64,000 nt of DNA, taken from NCBI GenBank assembly GCA_001599295.1, contig BCGN01000002.1, forward strand, positions 558,001-622,000. The letters are read 5' to 3'. The notes under the pieces are model-generated. The model did not search any database. It saw nothing but the letters and a program-made list of their open reading frames with translations, and was not told the DNA's origin. The stretch comes from Sporopachydermia quercuum. Its lineage: Eukaryota. The translations under genes were made by a program, and so were the position numbers. Of the stretch, positions 12,174 through 25,200 are shown in pieces; the stretch's first letter is position 1, and each line of letters starts with the position of its first letter.

Positions 12174-13432
12174 TTAAGTCACAACAGCTCCACTATCAAT
12201 AACAGAAGGAGCATAGTCTTCATCTTTGCTGTCAGGGTTTATTTCTCTATCGACATCACTTGGTAGAGTAATATCAAGAGGACTGTATAGATACCAACTC
12301 TTCAAAGCATTGACAGATGCTCTCACTTTGGCTTCTTGCAAACTGGCACCTTGACCTTCTCCTAGCTTGTTATTACCACTGAACACGGCAACGATGAAAA
12401 CAGGAGATGAAGAATCTCTACCTGTTTCAGCGATTAATCGTGAAATTGGAGCTTGGAAGCCTTCTTTCAGGCAAAGACGGGATAATTCTTGTGTAGCTTG
12501 ATCAAATTCGAAAAGATCGGCTATTTTAACATCCCTGTGAAGAATGTTTCTGGTGATGAAATCTCTAGCATAACCTAAACCTTTCTGAGCATATATACCG
12601 CCGACTAAAGCACGAATGAATGCAGCCATAGCTTTATCATTGTCAAGATATGATTTAGAATCGGAATATTCGAAAACACCGTCTTCAACTTGTTCGATAC
12701 TAGGTAAATACCTCAATTTACCAAAACTGTACTCTTCTGGTTCTTCACTCAAATATCGTTGTAATCCATTTCTAGTATCAGGTTCAACACCCCACGATCT
12801 ACCAACGATGGATAATGCAGTATTGCCTGTATAAGCATCAGCGGCAGCATTCATTATAATAGGTGGTAATCTTGGGTACTTCAACAACAAGTACTCGTGT
12901 GTGAAATAGGATAAAATGTTCTTACCCAGTATTGACATTGAGTTGTTATCCACATATTTGTTTCCACGACATCTACAAGTTAAACTTCTTGCTAACAGTG
13001 CTAATGGGAAATCTTCCGGTAGTTCCAGACGGGCTTTCAAAGCAACTAATGCTGGTGATTTTTTTGCTTGATCTTCTGTGATTATTTCAAAAGAGCCTTC
13101 AATTCTTTTGTAAGCTCCGAAATCAGTCAGATCTTCTGGTAAGTCAAGAAATTTTGATTGCCGAGCAGTTCTTGTTGCTGCTATATGAGCTACATTTCTG
13201 CCTCCTGCGTCCTTTGCATAGTCTGTTATATTGTTAGTTTCGAATCAATCTGTGAAATAAATAACCAAATAAGATAGGTTGATCCTCAACTATTAACCCT
13301 ATATCTTGTGTTTTGTCTTACTAACTTACGTCTATAACAGTTGAGTCCAACTGATCTATTAATCTGCGACCGAATCAAATGTTTAGTAGTCCCTACAACC
13401 ACTTGCCCCTTTGTTCTAATACTGTAAACCAT
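12174..13432 (-). CDS. MRPL3: Mitochondrial ribosomal protein mL44 (RNase III-like + dsRBD), 383 aa; exons 13432-13330, 13222-12174
   Basis: KYPRLP, RLIAETGR..SSPVFIVAVFSG..KLGEGQGASL.EAK.RAS.NALKSWYLYSP. Intron GTAAGT(13329)...ACTAAC...CAG(13223) joins an Arg-rich presequence exon in frame (1152 nt). Confidence 0.92.
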
Positions 13433-14412
13433 TTCTATATTCTGTTCTGGTTTTTGCTGAGTTTCCTTCTTATTCAGGGACTGAAACCTGTTTGTGGCTT
13501 CTCTTCTGTCCTCAATGATTATTCAGCTAGTTCCCTGATTAAAGTGCAAACTTAGTCTCAGCTCTGTCAATACTATCCTCCACCTATCCACATACATAAA
13601 ATATAAATCCTTCTATATTCCAGAAACAAATGATGCAGCCCACCTCAAACATATGATTATATATTTATTCTGCATCATCTTGTGCAAACGTAGATACATG
13701 GTGATCCACTTACTTATCGTCCGACTCACACAAAAATTTCACTTCAAATCCCCTTGGAAATTATTCCATGCAATCTTAGTGCCTAAATATACCACATTTA
13801 AGAGGCTTTAAAGGTAAACCTGAGTACCCAATCATATTTCTATTTTATACTCAGTATACGGAAGGCAAATGATGTACAATAGAATGATTGTACGAATTCT
13901 GGGAGACATGGAATGAGATGTGATGTGGTAAAAGGTAGGACAGCGGAGAAGGAAGGATGTCTTCTTCAGAAGGAAATAGGACCTATAAGATGGTTTTTCA
14001 GGCAGTTTTGCATTTTTACAATTGAGAGAGAGTAATGTTACTTTTCCAATTCTCGGCTTTCCAATGTACGTCTATCCTGAAAAAGCTAAGCATTTACTAT
14101 TGATCCCTGCCGCATCCTTGCCCTATTGTAACATCACATCTCAGTCCAGACTGTTGGATCACATGACCAGTAAAAACTTGTACACATACTTTTTGCTCCA
14201 GTAACCGCTTTGAGGACCAACCATAGAAAGAAGAGATAATGTAATAAAGAAGTGAAGGCTTCATATAAAGCCATAGAGAAGATAGAAGAAAGAAGGAAGA
14301 ATTAATTAATACAGTATCTCAAGAGGAATAATTGTAACTGTTGCTGAGTTGATTTTATCAGAAACAAATTTGCATAAACGATTGTTTTCGGTAGAACATA
14401 AGACTGTGCACA

Positions 14413-15166
14413 ATGAGACCAAGTTTGTTGCGATTGGTAAGTATTAATGATTCATTTGCATGACATTTAGAATGAGACGGAGAAATTTGCCTGCTGAACT
14501 TATAGGAATTGGTCACTAACTGTTGTGATAGAGTGGTGGAAGATATCCTTTCCCAAAGGTAAGCAATCTTTTGTGAAGAGTGATCAGAGAGTGTGTAATG
14601 ACAGTAAATCAAGTTGGTTAAATGTAAAGAAACTGAAATGTAAAAAGTGTGGCAGAAAGAAAAGAATGAACAACAGATAAAGCAGAATAATCCCTGCTTA
14701 AATTAGACGTCTAAACGGAAATTTCTAAGAATTGGGGATGGTGTTTATCGGTATTATAATCATCCAGAAAGCTCACTTTGACACTCGGATAAGATAGAAG
14801 TATGAACTAATAATGACAGCTCAATACTAACGTTGTTCCAGCATGTTTGGGCTCCCACTGGTGGTTGGTGGCATACACCTGAGAACCATAAGCAAAATGC
14901 TGCTATTGTTTTCACTGGATTCTTTTTCTCTTTATACGTGTTATACAACATTGGCGAAAAGATGACTTACAATAGTAAAACCGAATATGACACTGAGGTA
15001 TGTTCACCAGTCCATAGAATATAGGAGAAGGACTGCTATGTAGATTTGGAACCTCAAAATGAAGACATTTGTATACTAACAACTTAATTAGACTATTGAG
15101 AAGTGGAATGACGCTGCAGCTAAGTATAGAAAGGGTGAAGGTATAAAGTGGGCTCCCAAGGATTGA
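14413..15166 (+). CDS. Small mitochondrial membrane protein, NUUM-like (fungal complex I-associated), 93 aa; exons 14413-14436, 14532-14558, 14842-14997, 15092-15166
   Basis: Three introns (GTAAGT/GTAAGC/GTATGT donors, CACTAAC/TACTAAC branchpoints). Spliced product MRPSLLRL-SGGRYPFPK-HVWAPTGGWWHTPEN...TM...TIEKWNDAAAKYRKG resembles my recollection of Yarrowia NUUM (GGRYPFPK...TGGWW.NP.NW...KWNAAA). Confidence 0.75.
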
Positions 15167-15763
15167 GTTATAGAAACAACTGTATGATCTAGGAATGATG
15201 ATTATATTAATGAGAGTAGTTTATTGGGTTTATGCTGTTTGAAGTGACAAATACACGACAAAGACATGAAGGACTATTATGATTTTCTCACAGCTATTTT
15301 TCAGGCTGAAATCGTTCCTAAGCATTTCTTTTGTATTCTGTTGCATGTTCGGTTTTCGACATTTCAATTCACGGGGTTTTGATTTTTGGCATCTACTGGT
15401 TCCTTTCTTTTTATTTATTTGTGATTATTCACCGAAATACATCATTCTGTATATTTGAAACGTCTGTTATGGTCAGGATTTTCTTCCATATTGTAGGCAG
15501 GAAATGTAAGTGAGATTCGATCATTTGATGGAATAATGATCGACTTCCTAATTCATACCGGTCACCATATCNTTAAATAATCAATTTGAACCAAAAGACT
15601 TTCTTCTATGCTCATAAATTCACTTTTAACGTTCATTCACCTATAAATACCGTCAATCAGTAAGTAAAAAGAAGAAACCATTATTACACTAGCATCTGTT
15701 TAAATGATTACTCTATCATTATTACACACCATTATTATGTAAGAATCTATAAAAAACGCCGAA

Positions 15764-15837
15764 GACTCCGTGGCCAAGCTGGTTAAGGCGCACGACTGTT
15801 AATCGTGAGATCGAGAGTTCGATCCTCTCCGGGGTCG
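15764..15837 (+). tRNA. tRNA-Asn (GTT), no intron
   Basis: Acceptor stem GACTCCG/CGGGGTC, D-arm TGGCCAAGCTGGTTAAGGC, anticodon arm CACGA-CTGTTAA-TCGTG, T-loop GTTCGATCC, followed by T-runs. Confidence 0.97.
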
Positions 15838-16280
15838 TCTTTCCTTTTAATTTTTGCTCTTCCAGTTAAACTGTTCCTATCACTTCTCTCTGTTTGCTTC
15901 TAATTATGAGATGTTATATAAAAGCTCATCATGATAAGCATAACAGCAAACCAGGTACATTAATATTTCAGTATCAAAAAAACAGCCATTTCAGCCTGAC
16001 CGCTAAGGCACGGTGATGATAAATATAGGTAAGGAATGTTCAGACAATCGAACAGTAAGTATATACTACTATAATCAAGCTACCTATCCTTTTCATCACT
16101 TACAATCTACTGTTATAGAAAGAAAAAAAAAAGTTAAACACATAATCAACCGTAATCAACCAGGTATTCTATAATTAAACTTATATACCAACAAGTTATT
16201 GCAATTAGTAGTATATGAGAAATCAAGCATACAATATCTTCGAATATCAAATATTGGATCATAACCTGAACTGCTCTAAA

Positions 16281-19200
16281 TTAAGCAGCAACAAAGAAAT
16301 TCTTCTCACCTTGTTTAGGCTCGACCAAACTTCTCTTAAGAATTGAATCGCCAACAGCTAAACGAATTCTCTCTGAAGTCAACGGACTCTGCATAGGTAG
16401 AAACTCAGCTATTCCATTATCCTTACGAGCATATGAAAGAGCATCTCTTATAGCAAACATTGGAGTAGACCCAAGGAACAATGGAGGCTCACCAATACCT
16501 TTACTTCTGTGAATAGTCTCTAAATGTGAAAAGTCACGGCTTCTCAGCATGGATATATTAAACTGTTGTGGAGTATCTCTAAAACCAGGTATCTTGTAGT
16601 TTCCTGGACCCCGTGTAAATAATGCACCATTATGTCTAAACCATAAGGATTCTTCAATAGTGAATAATCCTTGTCCTTGAACATAAGCACCTTCAATTTG
16701 ACCATAATCGATTGCTTTATTCAAAGGTCTTCCAATATCCATTTTAATATCAGTTCTAAGACACGCCCAATCTCCGGTTAACAAATCAACTTCTACTAAT
16801 GATACAGCAGAACCTTGGGTGAAATATAGAAAAGCAGGTTTAGGGTCAACATTATTGCCCCACTCATAACCAATCTTAGGTGTTTTATAGAACCCATTGG
16901 CTGATAGATTCACACGATCTACATATGCTGCTGCTGCTATTTCCTGCATTGTAGCGTTTGGTCCTAGCTTCTTACGATAGGGTTCTAATCTTGCATTCAA
17001 TTGATCACAGGCATTCTTAACGGCACCACCATTTAAGTCACTACCTGCTGAAGCTGCAGTTGCCGAAGCATTAGCAACAGTTTGAGTTGAAGTCTCAGAT
17101 ATAAAGATGTTTTCCAATGGTACTTTCAGCTCTTCAGCTGCTATCATAGCCATTTTAGTATGAAGTCCTTGACCCATCTCAGTTCCACCATGGGAAAGAA
17201 GAATAGTGCCATCATGATAAATATGAATCAAAGCACCAGCTTGATTTAGGAACAGAACACCGAAAGATACACCAAACTGAGTAGGAACATTTGCTAATCC
17301 CCGTTTAATCCATTTATGCGATGAATTGAACAATTCAACCTCTTTTCTTAATTCATCATACTTGACTTCCTTCTTCAGCTCTGATACGAGCTCTGGAACA
17401 GTATAATCATCGCTAACAGTTTGCAAATAAGGAGTTGTTTGAGGGGCATTCACATCATAGAAATTTCGTTCTCTCAATAGGTCGACGTCAATATCCAAAT
17501 TATGGGCAACCTGATACATCATCGATTCACAGGCGAACATACCCTGGGGACCACCGAATCCTCTGAATGCTGTATTTGAAGCAATATTAGTCTTGCATGG
17601 TATTCCCTTGATAAATGCAGTCGGGAAATGATAGGCATTAGTTGCATGATAAACAGCTCGATCAATAACACCTCGGGTTAAATCCATTGACCATCCTGCA
17701 TTTGCATAGAGTAATATCTTCACACCAGTGAATTTATAATTCTCATCTAAACCTACCTTCCATTTAGCTAAAAACGGATGTCGTTGCCCTGATACAAGCA
17801 TGTCTTCATAACGACTGAGAATCATTCTTGTTGGTCGTTTGAACTTCTTCGCACATACCGCTGCTACTGATGCTAATATACAACTTCGGGTTTCCTTACC
17901 ACCGAATCCTCCTCCCAATCTCTTGGCTCTACAGACAACTCTATTAGATGGTACTCCTAATACTTGAGCAACTAACAGCTGAGTTTCGTTAGGATTCTGC
18001 GTAGAGGAATAGACCTTCATTTCTCCGCCTTCCTCTGGAATAAGAAGGCATCCTTGAGTTTCCAGATAAAAATGCTCTTGAGCACCGAATCGGCTTTCGC
18101 CTTCAAAAACATAAGCAGATTTATCAAATTCTTCATCGACATCACCTTTCTCAATGACTCTTCGATCAGGAAAAAAAGATTTCTCGTGGATAGCTTCTTC
18201 GATAGTTAAAATATGTGGTAGCTCTTCATATTCGACTTTTACTTTGCGAGCAGCTTCATAAGCCCGGTCACGAGATGTTGCACATATAACACCAATGACT
18301 TGCCCATAAACAAAGATTTCATCTTCAGCAAAGAATAGTTCTTTGCCAAATGAAAAATTGCCCCAATAATTGGCTTCTCTGTTTGGTAAATCATTGACAT
18401 CAGCCCAGCCAACAACAGTATCGACTTTCAAAGCTTCAGAAGTATCAACAGACTTAATCTTTGCTCTTGCTTTCTCAGAAGTCACTTGAACTGCAAATAC
18501 TTCATTATACTGGGGTGGGATATCATCAACATATTGGGCTTCACCGCAAGTTTGTTTCAAGGCAGATAAATGAATATTTGATTTACCAAGAACTTTCTGT
18601 TCAAACGGGTTTTCAAGGTCTCGTTTACCATCAGCAGGTTCTCTAGTGATTTCAGCTTGAGAATCAGGCTCAAACTTCACTTCTGGTGTTTCTTTATTCT
18701 CATTGTCATCATTTTCAAGAATCTTACCAAGAATGTATTGATAAAACTTATAGAAAAATGAAACCTTGAGGGTTCTACGGTAAACAGCCATTCCACCAGG
18801 AACACTGTAAGGCAGGTCGAAATCTCGTTCCAGATAGTTGATGGCTTCTTCTAATGTATTGGAAGCTTGTATGCTCTTGCCAATTAAATAGTCTTGGGTT
18901 TGTTTCGCAACGGCCGTTATTGGTGCCATACCACCATAAGCGAACCTAGCATCGATGATTGTATCATTGTTTTCATCTAATTGTAGGCGTAGGCAAGCTG
19001 TTACCACGGCGATATCATCATCCTTCCGCTTAGACTGTTTATAAGCCATACAGAATTCATTAGGTTTGGTTTCGGGAACAAAAATCTTGGTGATCAAACC
19101 ATTAGGAGGTAATGCAGTCTTTCTGTAAGCCAGGAAAAACTTGTTCATATTGATTTCCTGGATGCCATCAGCAACTGACTCTATAGTGATTACTGTATCA

Positions 19201-20522
19201 GATGCAACAAAACAAGGATTCAAATCAGAAATTGGTGAAGCCGTAGCTATATTTCCTGCTGGTGTGGCAGCATTACGAATCTGTCTTCCAGCGAAGAATT
19301 TGATCTGTGAGAGCATTGCTTTATAAACTTGAGTCTTCGTTTCATCATCTAACTGTTCGATGAGCTCTTCCAGTTTATATTCTAGCTGGGAGATAGAAAT
19401 ATTGGACCCAAATTCAACACCTTTACCTGGAATGTGTTTGAAATACTTTAATTCATCAATATCATTGGCAAATACAGATACGTTGTAGTCAGCAGCTTTT
19501 AATTTGATTTCAATCTGAATTTCTGAAGCACCACCAACTATCTTACAGTTTGGATAGTAATGCTTTATTTGCAGTAGTTGATCCTTTGTTGTAGGCCTAA
19601 ACCAGACTTTTCTTTCATTACCATAAAACAATGGTTTAAACTTATGTTTCTTCAAAGTTGGAGGGAAGATTAAATCAGTTGCTTTATTGTAAGGTTTGAA
19701 AGGTTGACCATCAGCAGTGATGCCGCCAGGAGAAGTGAACTGTTCATTCATATCGATTTCAGTTTCGCTACTATTTGAGTTACAGCAGGACTCTTCTTTC
19801 TTTTGCTTTTTGTCTCGGCAACAGCCACCTTTTCTACCACATCCTCCAGTGAAAGTGTTTGCAGCTTGAATAATAGGTTTATAACCAGTACATCTGCATA
19901 GGTTACCGTCGAAGGCTTCACTCACTTGTTCTTTAGTAGGCTCACCATTGTTATTCCTTAACACAGCGTATAAAGACATTACGATACCCGGAGTACAAAA
20001 TCCACACTGTGAGCCATGGAAAACACCTATTCTCTCTTGAATTGCATGAGGACTTTCTGCTGANCCTAATCCTTCAACTGTTATCAAATGTTTTCCTTCA
20101 ATTGCTATTAGAGGGACAATGCAAGCATTCAGAGCACAGTACTCAACTTTCTTCTGTTCTTTATCCCATGAGGCACATACAATTGTACAAGCGCCACAAC
20201 CACCCTCGGAACATCCCAGTTTAGTTCCGGTTAGACCTGCTTCAGAACGGATATAATCAAGTAGTGTTCCTTCAGGATTTGGATTCCGGACGATTTGCTT
20301 CTTGCCATTAAGATAGAAAACAAAGGTGTTGTCGAATCGGAAACTGTCTGCTAGTCCTTCTGCTAAAACTGTTATGTCATTGGTGTCATCTTCTGACTCT
20401 GATGTCGTCAAATCTATTTCAGAATTGCTATCGGAATCTGAACCTGAAGCCGACATAGCATCTGGTGATAGTGGTAGTCGCCTACCCTTTAGCTTGTCTC
20501 TAGAGCTTACGGAATCTGNCAT
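16281..20522 (-). CDS. XDH: Xanthine dehydrogenase/oxidoreductase (2Fe-2S, FAD, molybdopterin)
   Basis: GCSEGGCGAC, QCGFCTPG and NLCRCTGY (Fe-S); RQIRNAATPAGN (FAD); GGGFGGKE, AFRGFGGPQG and SKGIGEPP (Moco domain with catalytic Glu). Confidence 0.96.
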   Translation of the reverse strand: MXDSVSSRDKLKGRRLPLSPDAMSASGSDSDSNSEIDLTTSESEDDTNDITVLAEGLADSFRFDNTFVFYLNGKKQIVRNPNPEGTLLDYIRSEAGLTGTKLGCSEGGCGACTIVCASWDKEQKKVEYCALNACIVPLIAIEGKHLITVEGLXSAESPHAIQERIGVFHGSQCGFCTPGIVMSLYAVLRNNNGEPTKEQVSEAFDGNLCRCTGYKPIIQAANTFTGGCGRKGGCCRDKKQKKEESCCNSNSSETEIDMNEQFTSPGGITADGQPFKPYNKATDLIFPPTLKKHKFKPLFYGNERKVWFRPTTKDQLLQIKHYYPNCKIVGGASEIQIEIKLKAADYNVSVFANDIDELKYFKHIPGKGVEFGSNISISQLEYKLEELIEQLDDETKTQVYKAMLSQIKFFAGRQIRNAATPAGNIATASPISDLNPCFVASDTVITIESVADGIQEINMNKFFLAYRKTALPPNGLITKIFVPETKPNEFCMAYKQSKRKDDDIAVVTACLRLQLDENNDTIIDARFAYGGMAPITAVAKQTQDYLIGKSIQASNTLEEAINYLERDFDLPYSVPGGMAVYRRTLKVSFFYKFYQYILGKILENDDNENKETPEVKFEPDSQAEITREPADGKRDLENPFEQKVLGKSNIHLSALKQTCGEAQYVDDIPPQYNEVFAVQVTSEKARAKIKSVDTSEALKVDTVVGWADVNDLPNREANYWGNFSFGKELFFAEDEIFVYGQVIGVICATSRDRAYEAARKVKVEYEELPHILTIEEAIHEKSFFPDRRVIEKGDVDEEFDKSAYVFEGESRFGAQEHFYLETQGCLLIPEEGGEMKVYSSTQNPNETQLLVAQVLGVPSNRVVCRAKRLGGGFGGKETRSCILASVAAVCAKKFKRPTRMILSRYEDMLVSGQRHPFLAKWKVGLDENYKFTGVKILLYANAGWSMDLTRGVIDRAVYHATNAYHFPTAFIKGIPCKTNIASNTAFRGFGGPQGMFACESMMYQVAHNLDIDVDLLRERNFYDVNAPQTTPYLQTVSDDYTVPELVSELKKEVKYDELRKEVELFNSSHKWIKRGLANVPTQFGVSFGVLFLNQAGALIHIYHDGTILLSHGGTEMGQGLHTKMAMIAAEELKVPLENIFISETSTQTVANASATAASAGSDLNGGAVKNACDQLNARLEPYRKKLGPNATMQEIAAAAYVDRVNLSANGFYKTPKIGYEWGNNVDPKPAFLYFTQGSAVSLVEVDLLTGDWACLRTDIKMDIGRPLNKAIDYGQIEGAYVQGQGLFTIEESLWFRHNGALFTRGPGNYKIPGFRDTPQQFNISMLRSRDFSHLETIHRSKGIGEPPLFLGSTPMFAIRDALSYARKDNGIAEFLPMQSPLTSERIRLAVGDSILKRSLVEPKQGEKNFFVAA

Positions 20523-22232
20523 GTTGATGAATAGTTTGAACGGTGAAGATGGAAACTTGTTGAAACAATAAATGTAAAGCTAGGGTTTTAGGGTTTCAGT
20601 GCTATACAAAGGTATTTCGTATGGTTACTATCCTCATTATAATAGTAAAAAGAGAAAGTAAAGATGAAAGAAGAAATCAGATGACTGGAAATAGTTTGTA
20701 AATTTAAGTGATTCAAACTGGAAATAAAGTTGTGGGAATAAAGATAAAGTTCACTGGATAAGACTTCTTTGCAGATGATTAGAGCCTGCCTGAAATGTTA
20801 ATTTGATGGGATGGGGTATGCCGAGTACAGCTCCGCTGGTTCATNAGCCTAACGGTTATGGAACCTTTTGAATGAAAGGTAGATAATATTTAAATGGCCA
20901 ATTTATTTTTCTTGCCAAAAGAATTCAGTTGAGGAGGNTTCATTATTTGTATACTGAAGGTGTATTCTTTGGTAATTTGAAGAAAAAGAATGAGAAATCA
21001 AAGGCACTCTACCTGATGGATCAGCAAATGTGAGATGGGATAATTCTGCCTATTAGAGTTTGGAAGTCAAACTCTAAGCTACGCAATGATAGCAAGTTGT
21101 GAAGCTCATCCGTACCTCACATANNTGTGGTAATCCAGCTTCTTGATAATGATAATACAATCCTGGAATGGAAAGAGAGTGATCAATATATGAGATAAAT
21201 ACACTATCAAGAAGATCTAGTTCTGAGAAACTCAACCCCTCAATTTGATAACTACTTGCATGGAGTTGTGTCAATCATGACGTTTAAATGGCTCATTGAC
21301 AAAGGTTTGAAGCTTTGGGTTTAAGGTTTACATGCTTACCTTAGGTGATCTCTGCTACTTATTGTTTCGTATCCCCCATAAAACTTTTCATTACTGAAAA
21401 GTAATATGCAACAAAATATGCATGTACAAGCAGATGGTATAAAGATATAATGCTAAGTCTGCAGGAAACCGCAATTCATGAATTTCAAACTGCCTAACGC
21501 CTAATACACCTTCTAATTCATACATTCTTGCGTACAAAACAATTTAGGTTTATCTTTTTTCTTCATTCTAACTATGAAAGATCTATAAAGATCGCGATAA
21601 GCCAGTGACATGAGATGCTGAGTAATGAGTAAGTAACAACTTTCTGCTGCTAAATGAAAATATCAATGATATTCATGTGGAGATGTTTTTCCGTTAGCTT
21701 GACGAAACCAGAGACTTAACTCAATGCTCAATGCTCATATTGTGACCCTCTTATCACTTTACCAGCAGTTACTCAATTCTCCAGACCCTAATTACACTTC
21801 CGCGGTCAAAACTTTAACCCTATGAACAATTGCTCGGGTTTTTCCAGACATCATGATTTCCCATAGAATACCATTGGAATACTGTTCATCGTTCCTTCCA
21901 TATTCAGCAAATGAACATAAAATTGCTGGTTATGGCTGGCTGAGTGTTTTTATAATTTTTTTCTTATTTGAGGAACAATGATCCTTGATCTTAGAGTAGT
22001 GAGGATCTCTTTCTCTTTCATGTGAAAATGCTGGATAACGTCATTAAATAAACGTCATAATTGTCACACATTTTGTGTCTTCAGTAACCCCCTATAAATA
22101 AGAATTCGGATATAATTCTATCTTAAGTTCTACATCTTCTCCGAATTTACAAACCATAGTACATTACTGTATTCTATGATTAATGCTACAAACCATATAC
22201 ATTTTCGACTTAAGACAGAACCAATTATTACA

Positions 22233-25200
22233 TTATTTTGGCTCAACATTATATTTCATCCTAATACCCATAGCCATAAGTTCAGAATCCAAATACTTTA
22301 ATACGAAAGGAATAGCAACCGTTGTAGTGTCATCACCACCAATAAACCTGTTACCCATTCCATCTTCCCAGATATCCAATTCTCCACCTTCATTCTTTGC
22401 AATTTCTTCATTAAGAGCAACTTTATCAGATATTCTCTTAGCACAGTTTCTGCATTTGATTTTCGCTTGAGAGCCAATTCGTGGTATTGTTCTTTGAGTT
22501 GTGAGTAATGAACCACAAGATCGGCATAAAGGAGTCTGACAGTAATCTGAACAATTCAATAAACGATCTTGTAATAAAAAGGCAGTTCCGTGACCAATTA
22601 ATGCATCTCTTTCCATTTCTCCCACTCGGATACCACCAGATCTCTTACGACCTTTAACAGGTTGCATAGTTAATGAATTGACTGGACCAGTACTTCTAAC
22701 TTGGAACTTATCATTAACCATATGACGCAATCTTTGATAGAACACCACACCAATATAAATGTCAACTCTCATTTCTTCACCAGTGACACCGGAATACATG
22801 GGTTCATTTCCATGATAGTTAAAACCGGCTTTACTCAATTGTTCTCCGAAATAATCTGCTGCTGTGTCTGATTCAGAAAATTGCCATGGTGTAGCATCCT
22901 GGGCAATACCGTGTAAAGCACCTGCTTTACCTGCTAAACTTTCAACAAACATACCAATGGTCATACGTGATGGGAAAGCATGAGGATTAATAATAACATC
23001 GGGTTGAATTCCACTCTCACTGAATGGCATATCAATTGTAGGCCATTTCTGAGAGCAAACACCCTTTTGACCGTGTCTAGATGAGAACTTATCACCAATG
23101 ATTGGACTTCTATTGATACGGAATTTGATGGAAAGCTGTTGGAATTCATGATCAGGACCACTTTCTTCACCAATGAGCTTAACTTCTTCAATATATGCTA
23201 CTTCGCTGCTCTTATAGTTCATAGTTTTAGTTTTACCTAAGATATCGTCATAATAAGCGATTATAGGGTCACCTTCTTGCACTTTTACACCAATTATTGG
23301 TAAACCATCAACATCAAGTTTCTCACGCCAAACTTCAGGCCATGAATCTTGACCGAATCCAAAATGTTTAGTAATAGGATCACCTTTTCTTCTTTTACTA
23401 CTTAAATCAATCTTTTCCACTTTATAGATACTACCATGACCAAATCCACGTTCATGAGCACTCTTATTAAGAATCATTGCATCGTCCATATCATATCCTG
23501 TGTAAGAAATAACAGCTACAACAGCATTCATACCATTAGGGAATCCATCCATTCCATACTCGTCATACAGACTAGTACGAACAATTGGCGATTGACCAGT
23601 TTGAAGTTGATAAAGCTTATTATCAGATCGATGCTTCAAAGCTGTACCTGGAGTACCCATTGCTTGCTTACCCATCTGGCATTGGTACATATTTCTAGGA
23701 GATTGGTTGAAATCAGAGAATGGCGTCAAATTAGCAAGAATAGATAACATATTAGTAGGTGAGAATTCAACATGAGTATGTAAGTTGGATTCAATCTCAT
23801 GAGGCGCCACGGCAATGTTAAGGTATACCTGTTCAAATGGTCCAACCATATCTTCTTTGCCTAACGGTAAATACTTGACGGGTCTATACATTCTTGCAGC
23901 GCCCGAGAATAGAAATAAACCAGGATATTGACCTTTATTTGAAGGAGGAACCCAACCAATTTCTAGCTCTAGTGGGATATTATGGCTACCTTCAACTTTC
24001 CAGAATCTTAGGGTATCAGCAATAACTTTAGCAGTACTATGCGAACACCAGCCAAGAATTTTGCCATCTAGTTGAACAACAGAAGTTTCACCAGGACCGC
24101 TGGATAGAGTGTCAGAAGATGATATACCTAAAGCTTGAAGTAATTCAGGTAATCTATGAACATCAGAAGCTTCGGTAGCAATCTTACATTTATGGGCCAA
24201 ATGGTTTAATAATCCGCAGGGTGATCCATCAGGAGTATGAACAGGACATAAGAAACCCCAGGATTCTGGTAACAACTTACGAACTGTAGTTGTTTTCAAT
24301 TGAGCAAAGAAAGAACCTCTATGCACCATTCGGAAATGAGATATAAATCGATAAAAATTGATCTTTTCAGCGACAACCGTATAACCAGAAACTTGCTGTA
24401 AATCGAGACCGGATTGAGAGATAAGATTACCGGTAGATAAGAAATACTGTAGCTTCTGACCAATGTTTTCGCTGAACTTTTGGTATACTTTAGAAAGGTA
24501 TTTACGATCATGGAAATTAACGGCAACGTTATTTCTGTTCACATCGGTTCTAATTTGANTGACATATGCATTCAGGTATTCTTCAATTTTTTCTTTGATG
24601 ATCATACCGTACAGAAATCCACCTAAAAGGATTTCTTGATGTTGACTAGCATCTGGATTATCAGGAGCGCAATCACCAGCAACTAGTGAGTATAATTTTC
24701 TGAGCATAAACATTAACATGCGGGATTTGTCTTTATTGTCTGATAGATTCACTAGTACTATACGTTTTAATACTAGTTTACCAACTTCNACGTCAGTAGC
24801 ATCATTTGGAGCATCGAATACAATTCTGAAACGATCACCAAGATATGCTAAGTTCTCCTCTTGGGAGTATAAATTGTAAGATTTATATGTTCTCAGCAAT
24901 AACTCTAANCGATCGGTTAAGAAACTGTTGTAAGTTTCTTTGCCAACGATGCCATCAAAGATCTCACGATCATTTGTTTGAGTAAGACATTTTAGAACCA
25001 TCATCACTGGGATTAAATATTCGTTTTTCTTCCATGAGAATCTGAACGTAACATTACCATCGTTTAAGTAGTGCAGCACATTGGTTTGGGAGCTTTGGTC
25101 AGGTCTTACACATCTGATTTGAATACCAAAGTGACTGTAGCTGGCACCGCGATTGGAGAAGGAAGGTCTGATGATTGCCATAGGATGATTACGTCTTTGA

